This document shows positions 39,634-53,755 of a DNA stretch of 64,000 nucleotides, piece after piece. Source of the DNA: Vicugna vicugna (Eukaryota); the NCBI GenBank assembly GCA_013265495.1, contig MU058384.1, positions 4,637,239 to 4,701,238 of the forward strand. Direction: 5' to 3'. The position numbers and the translations under genes were made by a program. The first letter of the stretch is position 1. Every line of letters begins with the position of its first letter. A model generated the notes under the pieces. That model searched no databases. It saw only the letters and a program-made list of their open reading frames with translations, and had not been told where the DNA came from.

Positions 39634-41044
39634 TATCTAAGGACATAAATGATAGTTTTTTACTTTCAAAACACACATTTGGTGTCAGGAAAAAGATGTT
39701 ATCCTAGTATGAGTCGGTTTCAAGATGATCAAAGATGTTTAATGAATCCAGAGACTCATAAGATAATGGCAGAAATTCATCCCCCATTTCCCCACAATAT
39801 CTGCCCAAATAACTGCTTTCACCCAAAAGGGCAAGGGTTTGAACATGGTTTAGTGTCTTTGTGGCCTCAAGGGCGCTGAAGTCCACGTTTACTGCTGACC
39901 TGCTGCTCATCTACCCTAACTCATTCTGACCCTAAGCCTGTATTTTTAAAATAAGCTGCACAGTAGCATCACAGAGGGAGAAGGTAAAGAATTCCAATGC
40001 CCATATTTCTCCCCAGGCAGTTAACTCAGAATTTCTGTGAGTGAGACCCAGGCATCACTCGGGGTGACTATACTGTGCAGAGTTGAGAACCTCACCTATA
40101 GCTATCAAAACCAATGCTTCAATTCCTTAAGTGGGGGCCAAACTCACTCAGGAAATTCCAACAAGAGTAAAATTTGTCCCTGAACCTCATTTAACAGAAA
40201 ATAGGTCCCAGGCAAAATCAGTTCTTCCTGTGGGCTTGGGAGCTGTTAGTTATCAAAGCCCCCTTGGAGGTATGATGGTACTTCCCTCTGCCTTTGCTCT
40301 GTAACCCTGTAGCTAAGGCAAAGCTGTCAATCCAGCATCCTCTGCCTGCATCTATACCCCCTTCCTAGAAAAAAAGTGGTTCAATTTCTTCTTCTGCTTC
40401 TTGCCCAGCAGCCTCGTTGCCTTTGCACTTGTTATTCTCTCTTTTTTGAACACTCCCCTTTCTGCACCCTACTCCACTCGCCTGGCTTCTTCACCTGACT
40501 AGCTTGTGCCCAAGGCAATAAGCCTTCCCCAGTGACAAGAGATGGTCTCCTACCTGCTCTAGAGCAGTCCCTGCTTCTTGCTGCTATAGCAGCACACTGT
40601 ATTGTGCTGCTTTTCATCAAGTATAAGACACCATCAATTACGAGATACACTGTTATTCCGGAATGCTAAGGAACCAAAAAAGCTGTCAATAAAATTACAA
40701 CACAGCTTTCTTATAACTTAGAATTTTCATTTCATACATATTGAAAGAATTCTTTTCGTACAATTTTGAGATATATCAAACAGTCCGGAGTTTTTTAGTC
40801 TTACTTATTTAACCAAATAATAGTCTCAGTTTTTATTCAATCAAATCACATGTCACAGAAAGTTAAGCAGCTGCTGTTCAAACTTAGCAGGAAGTTTCTG
40901 ATATTGGTGTTTGACACCTGAATGATAGTCCTGCATGACAAAGGAATTGATCACATCAACTCCCTGTTTCAAAATTTCTTCCATCTCTTCAAAGGGATTA
41001 GGCAATTCCTCATGCCTTTAGTTGAAGGACTTGGCATGTGATAC

Positions 41045-41210
41045 CAGGATTTCTCAGACTTTAATGTGCATCTGAATCACCTGGGAATCTTTTTAAAATG
41101 TGGTTTCTGATTTTGTATGTCTGGGATGCAGCCTGAGATTCTGCATTTTTCACAAGTTCCCTGATGATGCTGATGCTGCTGGTCCAGAGACCACATGTGA
41201 CCGGCAATCC
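41045..41210. mobile_element. MER5A
   Basis: ttctcagactttaatgtgcatctgaatcacctggg...gcctgagattctgcattt...gatgctgatgctgctggtccagagaccac. Confidence 0.9.
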
Positions 41211-43589
41211 TTTGCACGTACATCACTCACACCACCTTACACAACAAATTTAACTCGTAAGTATTTTCCATTTTTAGGACCCATCAGGCATTTCATTAAT
41301 TTACAAGAAAGTAAAAAACAGGGTTCATCTCTCCAATGATAATTACCTCATTGATACCAAATAGACATCCCACTGCACTGTTTCTAGCCTTTCTGCACAC
41401 AATACCTTTTCATTCTAATGCTGAATTATAGTGAATTTTGAAAAGCATTTTAAATGGCAGTTAGCTCAGCTCATACAGTGTCAACACAGTGCGTATCAGT
41501 GAAGGGAAGACAACGTAAACAGTGGTGACCAAGTTCTCACCCACATAAGCCAAGACTACTTATGACTGCTGCCTTGCCAACAGCATTTGTAAGGTGCTGT
41601 GAATTGGAACATGCAACCTGATTTCTGAGATGTGAAACTGAGAAAAAAAAAAAAAAGAATGCCTTAGTATAGATGCAATACTGTAGTTGTCTATGTTCTT
41701 GCCTCCTTTCCCCAACTATGCTGTGAACTACTTGAGTGCAAAGACTAGGAAAGTGTTTGTCGTAAAGCACAGAACTCAGGGTCAGGCACGAGGTAAGTGA
41801 GTGAGGGATCATGCAGTCCTAATACTTTTCAGCCAATGTCATTTCAGCTATCAGTGATTTGCTTATTTGTGAACACGTATTTGAAATCTCCAGTTATGCC
41901 TACCCAGGCCTTACTAGGAGTAAACTGGGACAACTAATGTGCCTTGTGAGCTAGCACCAGCCCAGGGTGATGGAGTAAGTGGGAGTGGTATTTGAAAAGG
42001 CTAAATGTGTGATTCTTTGAGATACTGAAACTGCAATTTGCTTTTTCGTATATTATGACTGGTTCGCTCCTGCTGTCCTGGCTAGACTGTTCTGTTTATC
42101 CATTTTTCTGGGTGATGGTTCAAATCAAATAGAAATCAGTATCCCTGTATTATTATTTACTTGGGCCTTTTAGTTCATGAACATCTTTGATACAAGTATA
42201 AGAGCCTCCCACCTCCAAAACGAAATGAAGAATTATGTGAACCGTATTATAAAAGCATTTCATGAAACAGTGTGTTCATTAACACAGAGATTGGAAATAC
42301 ACACTGAGTAAAAAAAGCCAAGGAAATCATGAAAACTCTCAGTAACTGCAGAAAATTAGATTTTCAGGATCTGAATTTTAACTCCTGAGCCATCGTGCAC
42401 AGCAAGACAGCTATTCAAATAAGAAAAGCCCTGCACCTAAAGCAATCTCGTTGAAATAGAAATGGACATTTTATAATTCAAAATATGGAATTTAAATAGA
42501 GTCGTTATATTTTCCTGCTGGAAAGGATCAGAGAAATCATCTTGTCCAAATCCTTTTATGTTCATAGAATTGGCATCTTTACAGAACTTTTCATCTTTAC
42601 AAATCTGATTTTCTTTATTCATAAGAAAACATGAGAATGTTCAAACACTTGATTCACAACAGTAAAATTTCTCTTTTCATATATATTTAAATCCCAAAAT
42701 TTTAAGTTACATATTCCCCACTTAAAGAAGGGAAGTGAAAAGATGGAGAAGGTTCTGACTGTATTCCCAGCCCTATATAATATAACCCATTAAGAAAAAT
42801 GCAACCAGTGATCCTGGCTAGAGAGATATACAGCCAATGTTACTACTCAAAGATACTAAAACAAACATTATTTTGTCTGAGATCTGGGAAATGGAGAAAT
42901 TAAAGAAAGATCTCATATTTATATTAGGGTTACATGCTTGTAATGGTGGAAATATCCTTAAGATTTAAGCTTGCTTTTCTCTAAAACATAATTTTTAATG
43001 TCTTTTAATATTCATGTTTACTGTGAAGAAAATAAAGGTTGTCCTAAAAGAACACATTGTTTTAAACCAAATTCTTTACAGGAATCTGCTTGAGTCTAAA
43101 AATCCTCCCAAGAAGTAGTTAGATTTAGCAGCAATTTTCCACCACTGAAAGTACTTTTAGTATTTCTTTATTCAATCTTCTCCCAGCAGGTATTTCTTGA
43201 GTTTAGTCTTCTTTTCTATCGTCCTGGTATGAGCAAGAACCTGGAATGTCAACCAAAGCCTTTAAAAGGGTCTCATTTATGACTAAAGGAACTTAGTTAT
43301 TGAGCTCAGAAGGTGCCTGGTTGTGTTCCCCCTTTTTTTCATATTAGTCCCTTCAGTGGATACCCACCCAATGGAGGGCCTGTGTAATGGCTGGCTACAA
43401 ACTACCTTAAGCTGCTTTGCCCCTAACTAAACCCTGCTTCTCAGTGACTCACTTTCGTGTATAATTGGAGCAGACTGGCGGATCTGCCTACTGAGCAGGC
43501 AGAAAACCAAGAAACAAAATCTTTTTCAATTCTTTTGCAAGAAAAACGAAGTCAGAAAAGTCACACTCCAAAAAAAAAAATTGGAGCTT

Positions 43590-43608
43590 TGGTGACCTCT
43601 TGTGGGAT
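43590..43608 (-). promoter_or_regulatory. Possible CTCF site
   Basis: Minus strand ATCCCACAAGAGGTCACCA; one key G>T departure from the core. Confidence 0.35.
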
Positions 43609-46329
43609 AATTTATTAGCAGTCTATAGTAATACAGTTCCAGAATGGAATCTGAGACAAGTTCTCTCTATAGGTCCAGTACTCCGATGGGCCTGTTACAA
43701 CCTAGAACTGCCTATACGTGCATAAAGGTATCAATAAAGTGTTAACAATTAATTACATTAAGTTATACGTTCAGGAGAGCTTGTGTGTATATAAACATAT
43801 ATCAGGAGTGATTTAAATAAAATATTAAATATATTAAAATATCCTTGGAACTTCCCTCCAGAGGATGGGAAGGAATAGTCCAACGACTCATCAAATATTT
43901 GGTGTTCCTTGCAAGAGATCCAATCACAAGGGGGTTTGGGAAGAAATTATGAATAAATCAAAGATAATCTACCAGACACAGAATAAGGGCTCAATAAATG
44001 GAAAAATAAATAAATAAAACGAATCAGCTTCATACTTAATATTTAATATCATAGGTCTACAATGAGTAATAAAATAACTTGGGACATCTTCTGGCTAGAT
44101 TCCTGATATATTTATGGTTGTTGGAAAGTAGAACAAATTTATTCATCAACAAACTATCCATTGCTATCATACACCAGGGACAGGATTCTAGGCTCAATGA
44201 ACCAGGGTCCTAGCCAGTAGCATAATTACTATGGTAATTCTTTTGTCTTTTGTGATTAGCAAAAGCATGCAAAATTTGAAGAATAAGTAAAATTTGGTTT
44301 TTCTGCCACTTAATATTCAACCTATTTGTTACCCTTTACAATGTAGTTAAGTTAAAAAAATAACTGTTAGTAAAGAAATTGGTTTTCAGAATTTCAAAAT
44401 TCTGATTTTCTTTTGAGTTTTTCAGTATCCTGCTATTAAATTCTTTTTCTTATTTTTCCTATTTAGAGATCATAATGCAGTATAAGCACATGGCAAGGAC
44501 AAGGAAGCATTACTAGTACTTTATATTCCTATTCTATATATTCTGCATTATTTGCATAGATTTGTATGTTGCAATTGGGTACCTGGTAAAAAAAATACAC
44601 AGAAATATATGGTAAATATTGACCACTATTAATGAATAATTTATATTTTAAAAATTTAACTGGATTTGCATTAAGAGAAATTTGTCTCAATTGGTCAGTT
44701 TGGCAGAAAATACAACTGAAGTGAAAAAATCCAACCTAATAAGAGTTTTCTAAGTAAGAGAATTTGTACTCATATAAAGAATGAACAGGAGAACAAGTAA
44801 GTTTGCTAAAAGCATCAGAAAATAGTAAGTAGGAAAAATAACTCCCTGTTTAGTCCTGTAACATTAAAATGCAACATACATATTACATCCCTCTCAGTAC
44901 CTTTGGTCTTTTTACTCCTCTTCATCACGTATTATGGTAAGTTACCTCATTCACAGAGACGACTGTCAGAAGCAAAGACATTTTTTTTTTTGGTTCACTG
45001 AAATTAGAGTTGGATGACACTGATTAGGTCATCTGATGCAATCTCTACTAAAATAAATCAGTATTCCTTCTACATCAAGAGTATGACAATTTGCTGTTTG
45101 ATGATTCTGGACACCTCAAAGGTGACAACTGATGAAGAAGATAAAGTCATTGTCCCACACTTAGAACAATACTAGGATATTACCAAAAATATATAATACT
45201 GTATCTTGCTATTGAGTGGGAAGTAAAATAACTAAAAGTGAATTAATTTAAAACATCAAGCAACCAGACCTCAGGTTGTGATGTGTTTAAGCATGGCCAC
45301 TTGGACTTTTACCATTGGCATTTCATCAGAATATCTCAATTTTCCATATACAATGGATATCACTTTTCAGAATTCCGTCTTAAGAGTGTTTCCTTAAGAA
45401 TCAGATTTGTTTATAAATTCTTGATCAAGAAATCTAAAATATACCTGAAATTCATATAATTGACTCATTCCTCTCATTTTTTTCTTCCTTAACACCCAGT
45501 CATGGGATCAGTCTCATGATTCTGAATGCATTAAGTTGAAATCTGAAATTTGAGTATTTTAGAAGAGAGGTAAATGGAAATAAAAGCTGTTGAATACACA
45601 TTGCAAGGCTAAGAACCAGTTTATCTAATACAGTTGCCCAGTATTAACCAGTTTTCCTCGCTTATACTTGATTCTAAAGCTGATTATTTAAGAGATTGTG
45701 CCTTGAACACAAGCCATCAGAAACTACTCATAAAATAATATTTTTTTTATTTTTTTAAAAACTTATTTCAACCTTGGAAGTCAGGGTGTGTTAATAATTT
45801 ATAGCTAGGATTTAGAATTAATATGTAAGAAGAATAATTTGAGAACTTAGTAATTGCTTTTCCTTTGCCTGGAGTACTTATCCTAGTTTACATAAGCATA
45901 ATATTTTAATATCCTAATACTGATACTCATAAAGTATTTAATTTTAATTTTTAATGATATAAACTTCCAACATTAAAAACAGTCAAGTAGATTCTACTAC
46001 CCAGATATAATTCTCTTCATATTTACCTATTACCTTTTAGTTCTTATCCAAAGATTGTCTTACTTTTACATAGCTGCAATGCTAGAGTAGATACACCCTA
46101 TTCTAATAATTATTTCTATTTCCATGTTTTCTACAGTTTTAAGTCTCACTGTAGAGGCAAACAATACTTTATCATGTCAATATAACATCATTTACTAATC
46201 ATTTACTTTATGGTTATATATGTTGTTCATAATTTATTTGCTACTGAATATGATGCTACAATGAGTGTCTTCAGTTTTTGGAGGGTTTTACTATGACCAA
46301 TAGTTTGTTCTATGTCTCTTCTGAAGTAG

Positions 46330-46830
46330 TTTAGGAGCTGTCAGGATCATAGCCAAAAGGTGATGGCATACTTCAAAGGGTTTTTACCCAAGAGAGTTTA
46401 ATGAAAGGACTATTTACCAGTGTGTGGGCAGGATAAACTGCACCCTCGAGGGAAGGTCAATTACATAGAAGCTAGCAAAAGTGAGACACCGTTATCAACC
46501 GAATAAAACTAAAGTGCAGAGACAGAAAGTTTGGTAAGAGGTGGAACTGTGGACAGCGGGGTACCCAGTGATAAGCAGTGGCTGTCGAGGAACACAGACA
46601 TTACTAGAATTATGGTGAAGTTGAGAAAGGAGGGATAAACACCCCTACTTATCTCTCTTTCTGCTTTCCCATCTCCTGCTTTGCCATCAATTGGATGAAC
46701 TTGACTGGAAGCCAGGAAGGTAGCGGGGAAGAGAGGGTGCCTAGTGATGCAGTCTATAGAGGGCAGCATAAAGAATGTATTTGCATGAGGAGGTGGGATG
46801 GTAGACATAAAAACTAGCACAGAAACCCTG
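46330..46830 (-). mobile_element. Ancient LTR, family not assigned
   Basis: gagagtttaatgaaaggactatttacc...gtgtgggcagg...ggaagccaggaagg pattern of old LTRs. Confidence 0.5.
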
Positions 46831-48249
46831 TAGTTCATTAATTCAAAAACTGAAGCAGAACAATATTTATTTAAAGTTGTAAATGTTTCTCAGAACACTC
46901 TGCCCCCTTTCCCGTTTTATTTTATTCCATAGCTTTTGCCATCTTTTAACATATTCTATAATGTATTGCTTTATTTTATTTATTTTCTTTCTCTCTCACG
47001 AGAAAGTAAGCTCTTTGAAGGCAGAATTCTGTTTTTTCCCCAATGCTGTGACCTCAATATGTATTTGTTGAAGGAATGAATATATTAAGTAAGGCGAAGA
47101 AAAAGAATCTTCATATAGGACTCTTTAAAAATACAAATAACTGCAAAGGTAAGAGATTTACTCTACATATTTAAAAGTTATAATATGGTTTTTTCAAAGC
47201 AAAGTCCTTGTACTTAAAACCATTTTCAAATGTTCTATAATATTCACAATAAATAATACAATAGGACTCAAATTTAATACATGCAAAAATATCCCTAATA
47301 ATGCATATTTACTAATATGCATTAGTAAAATGAACAGAGTGCTTTCTTATTTAAAACTAACACCATTAATACAGTGTAATGCCAAAAGAGTTAACAGTAA
47401 AATAAATGCTTTATGTGAGTTAATTGTCTTTTAGAATGTCATATCTCTGAATTGAAAGCTAAGACACATAAATCACATTTTTAACGCTGCTGCTTTTCTG
47501 TGCAAGCTTGGATCTTCTGTTTACCTGCATTCTTAAGATTAAAAAGTTTTGAGACTAACGGTTCCAGCATGAAGCAGATGTGTAATGTACATCCAGTCCC
47601 TGCTACGTGCCATGTACTCTGTAGAAGCATCATCACATACAAATTGTGACAGATTGATATTAACTAATGTGTTTCCCCTTTCACCCCAACCTCCACCCCA
47701 CCCTCAGACACTAGAATTTAAGCTTCATAGTAACGGAGACCTTATCTTTCTTGTTCACCACTGTATCGCCAGCTGCTTCAATAGCACTTGGCACACAGTA
47801 GATGCTCAATAAATATTTGTTAAATAAAAGTTTTCACTCCTTGGCAGCAAAACTGTATCAGGGAACTTAGGGACATTTTGTTTACCTCAGAATAGCAAAT
47901 GACTTTGTAATCAAATCAATAATAACAGAATCAACCTAATATATTGGACATTTAAAATACATTAGGCAACAATCAAGTGAACCAATCACATTGGTGACCA
48001 TATTTAACTCTTAAAAAGTAAAAAATGATAACTATTACTATCAATCATTATAGTATTATCACTACATTTTTACTGATGTTCCTTCCAGCAAATATTTGTA
48101 GATCCTTACTGCACCCAAGTAATGAACTTAAAAATTTAACAAGAGATGGTCTTTTCCCTTCAACGAGCTTATGAGTTAGCAAAGAAGACAAGACACACTT
48201 GTGTAAGAGAGACAGAAGCAAAATGCCACTGAAACAGAGGAAGTTGAGT

Positions 48250-48470
48250 CAGATTACACGCTCAGGGTCTCCAATTCCCCACCTGGTAGCTGTTTGTCCT
48301 TAAGCATGGTACTTTCCCTTACAGCGACCGCTTCCGCAACATTAAAATAAGGACAATAGCACATACTTGATAGGGTTTTGTGACAATTAAATAAAATAAA
48401 GTATATAATGTGCTTAGCAAAATACCAAACATACAGCAAGAACTCACTAAATGCCAGTTGTTAGTGCTTC
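48250..48470 (+). mobile_element. MIR SINE
   Basis: tagggttttgtgacaattaaata...gtgcttagcaaaatacca...actcactaaatg. Confidence 0.7.
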
Positions 48471-51400
48471 AGTTCCTATTAAAGGATTCTTCAACTTATT
48501 TAACTTTCATGCAGTCTGTTTTACATAAAGCTGATGAAACATTTGCTGGTATTACCTCTGATAATTGATCATTACAACCCATTCTTATTTAACTAATTAG
48601 TTTGGACAAAGAGTAACCTGCATCTGAACTTCACGGTATGTGTCTCAACAAACAAAATTATTACTCATTAATTAACATTACTGAGTAAGAAGTGATTATA
48701 TGGGAAGTAGCTTTCTCAAGTTACTTCTCATCCAGTGAATTACGAGGAAAGCAGGGATTTTATTAAAAATGGAGAATTGTTAATGAAACTGGGAACCTTT
48801 GCCAATCTGTGTAAATAACCTTTAACTATGAGAGTTTAGCTCACTAAACTGCAGAAATGTCTATCATATAATCCTATTTTCCATTTACTTGCTTCTGGCA
48901 CTATTCGAAACTTATTTCTCTCTAAGGTAACTATGTTTTGATCTATAAAATACTATCTTTAAACATAAATGTCTAGGTCAGAAAGTCATATAGAGCAAAA
49001 TACTGTAGGAAATATGCTGGAATAGTGTAAGAATGATATAAAAATTGGATCAGTTATTAGTATTTGAGCAAGATTTTTTTCCCCTGGAAAGTAAAAGTCA
49101 TTTGGTTTTTATGTTCACAGATGTAACATTTGAAGTATAAAACCAAAAGATTGATATTCTAATTCGGATATCATCACATAGCTATGTAAAATCATTAAGA
49201 AGATTTATCTGGTGTATCTTGCATTTCAATCTGCTTTCTACTAATAAATATTTGAGAAACAAAAGCCAAAAAGTTCTAGGTATTCAAGCATGCAATTAAA
49301 ATTAGAAGTCTTCTGAAAAAAGTTTGATAGTGACATAATTGGCCTGGTTTCTATCCTATGCACATACAAAACTTTTGTCTCTGCATTTACCTTTATTATC
49401 GTAAAAGCATTAAAAAATGTAAATATGTGATAAAACTGCTAAAATTCTGGAACAACATTTTTAATCTAAAAAGTCAAAGTTGATTTATTCCAGACATCAT
49501 GTGACAGAAATGGTATATCAAAAAGAAGTACATACTATGAGATTTTTGCTGCAAAGAAGGTTCACATGTACTTTCAAAGGAAAAGAATAGGAAAAGTGAG
49601 CATCTTTAAATGTCTTCAAGATTAATGCTAAGGTACTCTGAATTGACCGTGTCACAAAATAGCACAGGAATGTGTAACTTAATTTATAGTCTCTACATAT
49701 TAAATGCTATGATTTTTAGAGACAGTTTTCACTTCAGCTATTTATTCAGATAGTATTTTTCCCCCAAATAATAATGTTTTTTTTCATCATTCTGTTTTAA
49801 TCAGATTTAAGCACATGGCTGTAGCATGTTGAATTTGTAAGAAGCAAAGTCAGTCCAGTTTCAAGAGTTTGAGCTTCTTATTCCATATTTGAATTTATTT
49901 TTCCTGGAAAGGAAAAATAGTTATAGCAGTACTTGGGATGGTGCCATAAACATAGTGGAGGATTAATAGATATTTATCACTGTTGAAGTTAGAAGAAACA
50001 CTGATCTGCACTCTGAACGGTATGTTGGAATAGGACCATATTGCTTGCACAAAAGTATAAACATTTTGTGAAGCATCTGAATCTTAGATAATTTTTGAAA
50101 ATCATTATTTTGCAGGAGGTCTAATCTGCTGCAGAAAGGATAAAATGTTACTGATAATTGTGATTATGATGTATTAAAATACAAAGAACTGTTTAGAAAA
50201 GTAAACTCAACAGAATGCTGAGAATTCTTACTCTTTTGTATTATCATCTGACTGGCCTTGGCAGCCGACCCAGAAGAGAACCTCAGATGTAGACTTGTAG
50301 GAGACAGGGAAGTAAGCCAAGGTTGTGGGGACAGGGCCAGCCTGATGGATAGCACTCCCCCCAATTTCAGCTTCTAAGGGGACACACCAAACTTGAGTCC
50401 AGTCTAGCTTAATGTTGTCATCATTTCAAATAAGCCAGGTGGGAGCATGGCACCAGAAATTGGTTATGTGGGAAATGTTATTATCTAATGGATGACAGTT
50501 TTATGATTGGAGTGGGAAGGGTTGTCTGGGTTTTAAAGGGGTCTTAGCCAGTGGGCTGCGGAGAGAACACTGAGATACGATCCAGATCCCCCAGAGAGAA
50601 AGGGCTGGCAAGACTAGTGAGGTTCATTGGCCCAGACAACTTGGCTGGGGTTCAGGGCTGTAATCCATCACCAGCAACAAATGAAGTGCAAAGGCAGAAC
50701 AGAGGCAAGAGTCTAGGTACACAGTAGAAATGGAGTCAAGACCAAGGAGCTTAACGTTGGTGGCCACATAGATGTTTACACAGGCTCACTCAACAGCATG
50801 CTTAGGGCAATAAATGAGTTCTAGACACTGATTACTGATAACAATGAAACTGCTGACATCCTGTCAAACTTGAGTCTCATTTGAGTAACAACTTGATGGT
50901 GTTGTGTCTATAGGTTGACGTCATGTAGTATCTGCTTGTTGGGCATGCCTATGCAAGAGCCGTCATTAACTTTTTTTCAAATTTTGGAATAAACTTAAAT
51001 AAATCCAAAACTGTATTAAAATTGGCAATTCACTTATATACTAGAACGTCAGCTCCACAAAAGGTGCCTTTGTCTTTTCATTCACTGAAGTATGCCATGT
51101 GCCTAGCTGCCACATGGGTGACATTCAACAGGCATTTGTCAAATTAAAGAATAAATTAGACAAATAGTAAGTGCCACACAAATGACCTGAAAGCTTCTAT
51201 ATGCCCTGAAGGTGACCCTTATCTCCTGTAGCCACAGGGCTGAAATTGCTGAAAATCAAACTCAGAACTGTATTCCACAACTGGCTGAATGACAATGAAC
51301 TCCCAACCCCACAGGGTGTCTACTGTTAAAGTGGAGGCATTGATTGGGAAGGGTGTGATCCTGAAAGTTAGAATGCGGATATGTGGGAAGATTCTGATGA

Positions 51401-51968
51401 TGTTGGGGGTATTGGGCCCCGAAATTCTGATGAGTAAAAGCAACCTCTCCAACCCCAGTGGAAGAGATCTCTCCATCCCTGTTTGAGGAGATCAACTCTG
51501 CTTTGCCAGAGGAAACTGTAATGGCCTCCCCTGAGGCAGTTACCACGAAAACAAGGCTTAGTCTCCTCAGGACCTACTACTACCACACCTCTTTGCTTCT
51601 AAACCTATAACTAGACTTAAGTCTCAGAAAGCCCTTAACAGTGAGGTATAAAATGTGACCTATGAGAGGTGTGCCACACTCACAAAGACCAAACCAAAAC
51701 AAAACTTAACTAGTTTTCTAGTTACTGTAAACAGAAATCCAGGGAATGTTTGTGGGAATGAATATTAAGATGTGGGATAATGGTAGAAGGAATATAAAAT
51801 TGAATCAGGCTGAATTGATTGATACATACTCACTAAACAGAGATTTTGTATTTAATGATGTTGCAGCTTGGGGAGTTAGAAAGAGTTCTAACAGTCTGGT
51901 TGGTTGGTTGGCTGGCTGAAACATGGACCAAAAGGTGGTCCACAATGAGTGAGTTCAAAATGCTGACC

Positions 51969-52293
51969 TGTAGTAGAGAATAACCTTTGTTTTGTTGGAG
52001 GTTTACAGGGACACCATGACCTGGCCCACAGGGACGGCTGCAAGAACAAAGAATGCCTGCAGCAAGAAGATTGCAGCAATCAACCACACCCTCTCCCTTG
52101 TTTTGTTTTGTTTTGTTTGTATAAAAGGAGCTTGTATTCTGACTAGAAGAGGATGGTTCTCCAAGACATTAGTCGGCCATCCTCTAGGTCTGCCGGCTTT
52201 CCGAATAAAGTTGCTATTCCTTACCCCAATACCTTGTCTCCCGATTTATTGGCCTGTCGTGGGGCGAGCATAACAAGTTTGGACTCGGCAACA
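51969..52293 (+). mobile_element. ERV1-class solo LTR nested in ERVL gag
   Basis: TGT...ACA termini, perfect 4-bp TSD GACC (51965-51968, 52294-52297), TATAAAA 52120, AATAAA 52204, CpGs retained. Confidence 0.9.
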
Positions 52294-53580
52294 GACCTGC
52301 CTTAGTTTAATGTAGGGAAGGAATTCAAAGGCTTAGAGCAACTGGAAGTTTACAATGGATTTGTCATTTAAGACTTATTCACTCTGGGAGTCACCAGAAC
52401 GCATACCTCTCACCAGAACTGTGAGAAGTAAATTTGTGAGTGGAACTCTAGCATTCATGAATAGCTCTGTGGTCACTCCTCTCTTTAAGCCAGACCTTAC
52501 AGTGGGAACTGTAATCATTGATCTTGGAAACGTAAATGCAGTAGGAGTAACTGGATCCCCAGGAGGGCAGGGGACAAGTGAAGGCACTCAACCACCAAAG
52601 GCAAGGTGGGTGTGATTACCATAATGGACCACAGAGTCAAAGCAGCAATCAGAATAGTCTCACTTGGACAGACCTATGGCATTGGCTAGTTGATCACGGT
52701 ATTTCTAAAAGAGAAATAAACAGGAAATCTACTAAATTCTTACACTATCTGTATAAGCAAGAAAATTCTAAGTCATTTGAATAAAAATCTAAACTGATTC
52801 ACAAAAACAGAGTCACAGTCTCTTAATCATTTCCCAGACTTGAGCCAGTTTATAGACCCAGAACCCCCTGAATGAAGGGGAGGCCAAATTCTGCTGAGGA
52901 AGGACCTCAATAAACTGTCAAAAATGCATACTGTTAATCTTTCTCCTAGTTTTTCCCACAGGGAACTATAGCTCCTTACCAGGGAACCTGGGCACCGAAG
53001 AACAGGAAATAATCACATCTTTCCAGGACTACTAGAAATTGGTGCTGAACTGACACTAATTTCTGGAGACCCAAAACATCACTGTGGTCCCCAAAGTAGA
53101 GTCTTATGGAAGTCAGGTGGTCAATGAAGTCTTAGCTCAGGTCCATCTCACAGTGGACCCAGTGGGTCCCCAAAATTATCCAGTAGTTATTTTCCTATTT
53201 TTGGAACACATAATTAGAACAGATACAGTCAACAACTCGCAGAATTCTCACAATGTTTTCCTGACTTGTGCAGTAAGGGTTACTAGGGTGGGGAAGGTCT
53301 AGTGGAAGCCACTAGATCTACTTTTACTTAGGAAAATATTAAACTGAAAGCAATACACCTTCCTTGAGGGGTTGCAGAGATTAGTGCTACCATGAAGAAA
53401 GGACATGAAAGATGCAGAGATGATGATTTCCACTACTTCCCCATTCAACTCACTTGGCTGTCTTACATAAAACATAGATGAATCTAAAAGAATGCCAGTA
53501 GATTATTGTAAGCTTATAGATGTGGTGACTCCAATTGCCATACCAGATGTGGTTTCACTGGTTGAACAAATGATTAGCAG

Positions 53581-53755
53581 CCTTATTTGGTCTGGTCCAA
53601 AATGTCCATAAGACATTTGCTCCATGCCAAAAGATTAAAATCTGGTTCGCCCCAGAATGTCCATGAAATGATTTTGAACAGGACCAAATATCAAGGACCT
53701 TTTGGCACAGACCAAATTTCTCCACAGATGTTTTGGACCAAAACCAAATATGACC
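53581..53755. mobile_element. Palindromic MITE-like element, family unassigned (MULE/Merlin-type features)
   Basis: ~55-bp inverted arms (53581-53633 vs 53699-53755), internal subrepeats, 9-bp flanking duplication gattagcag / aattatcag. Confidence 0.7.

Noticed and set aside
50231..50760. Minus-strand exon-like segment and moderately GC-rich block
   Set aside because: Looks like decayed ancient LTR sequence; neither a family nor an exon could be supported
53581..53755. Short repeated units considered as a CRISPR-like array
   Set aside because: Units are inverted, degenerate and lack unique spacers; eukaryotic context; better explained as TIR subrepeats
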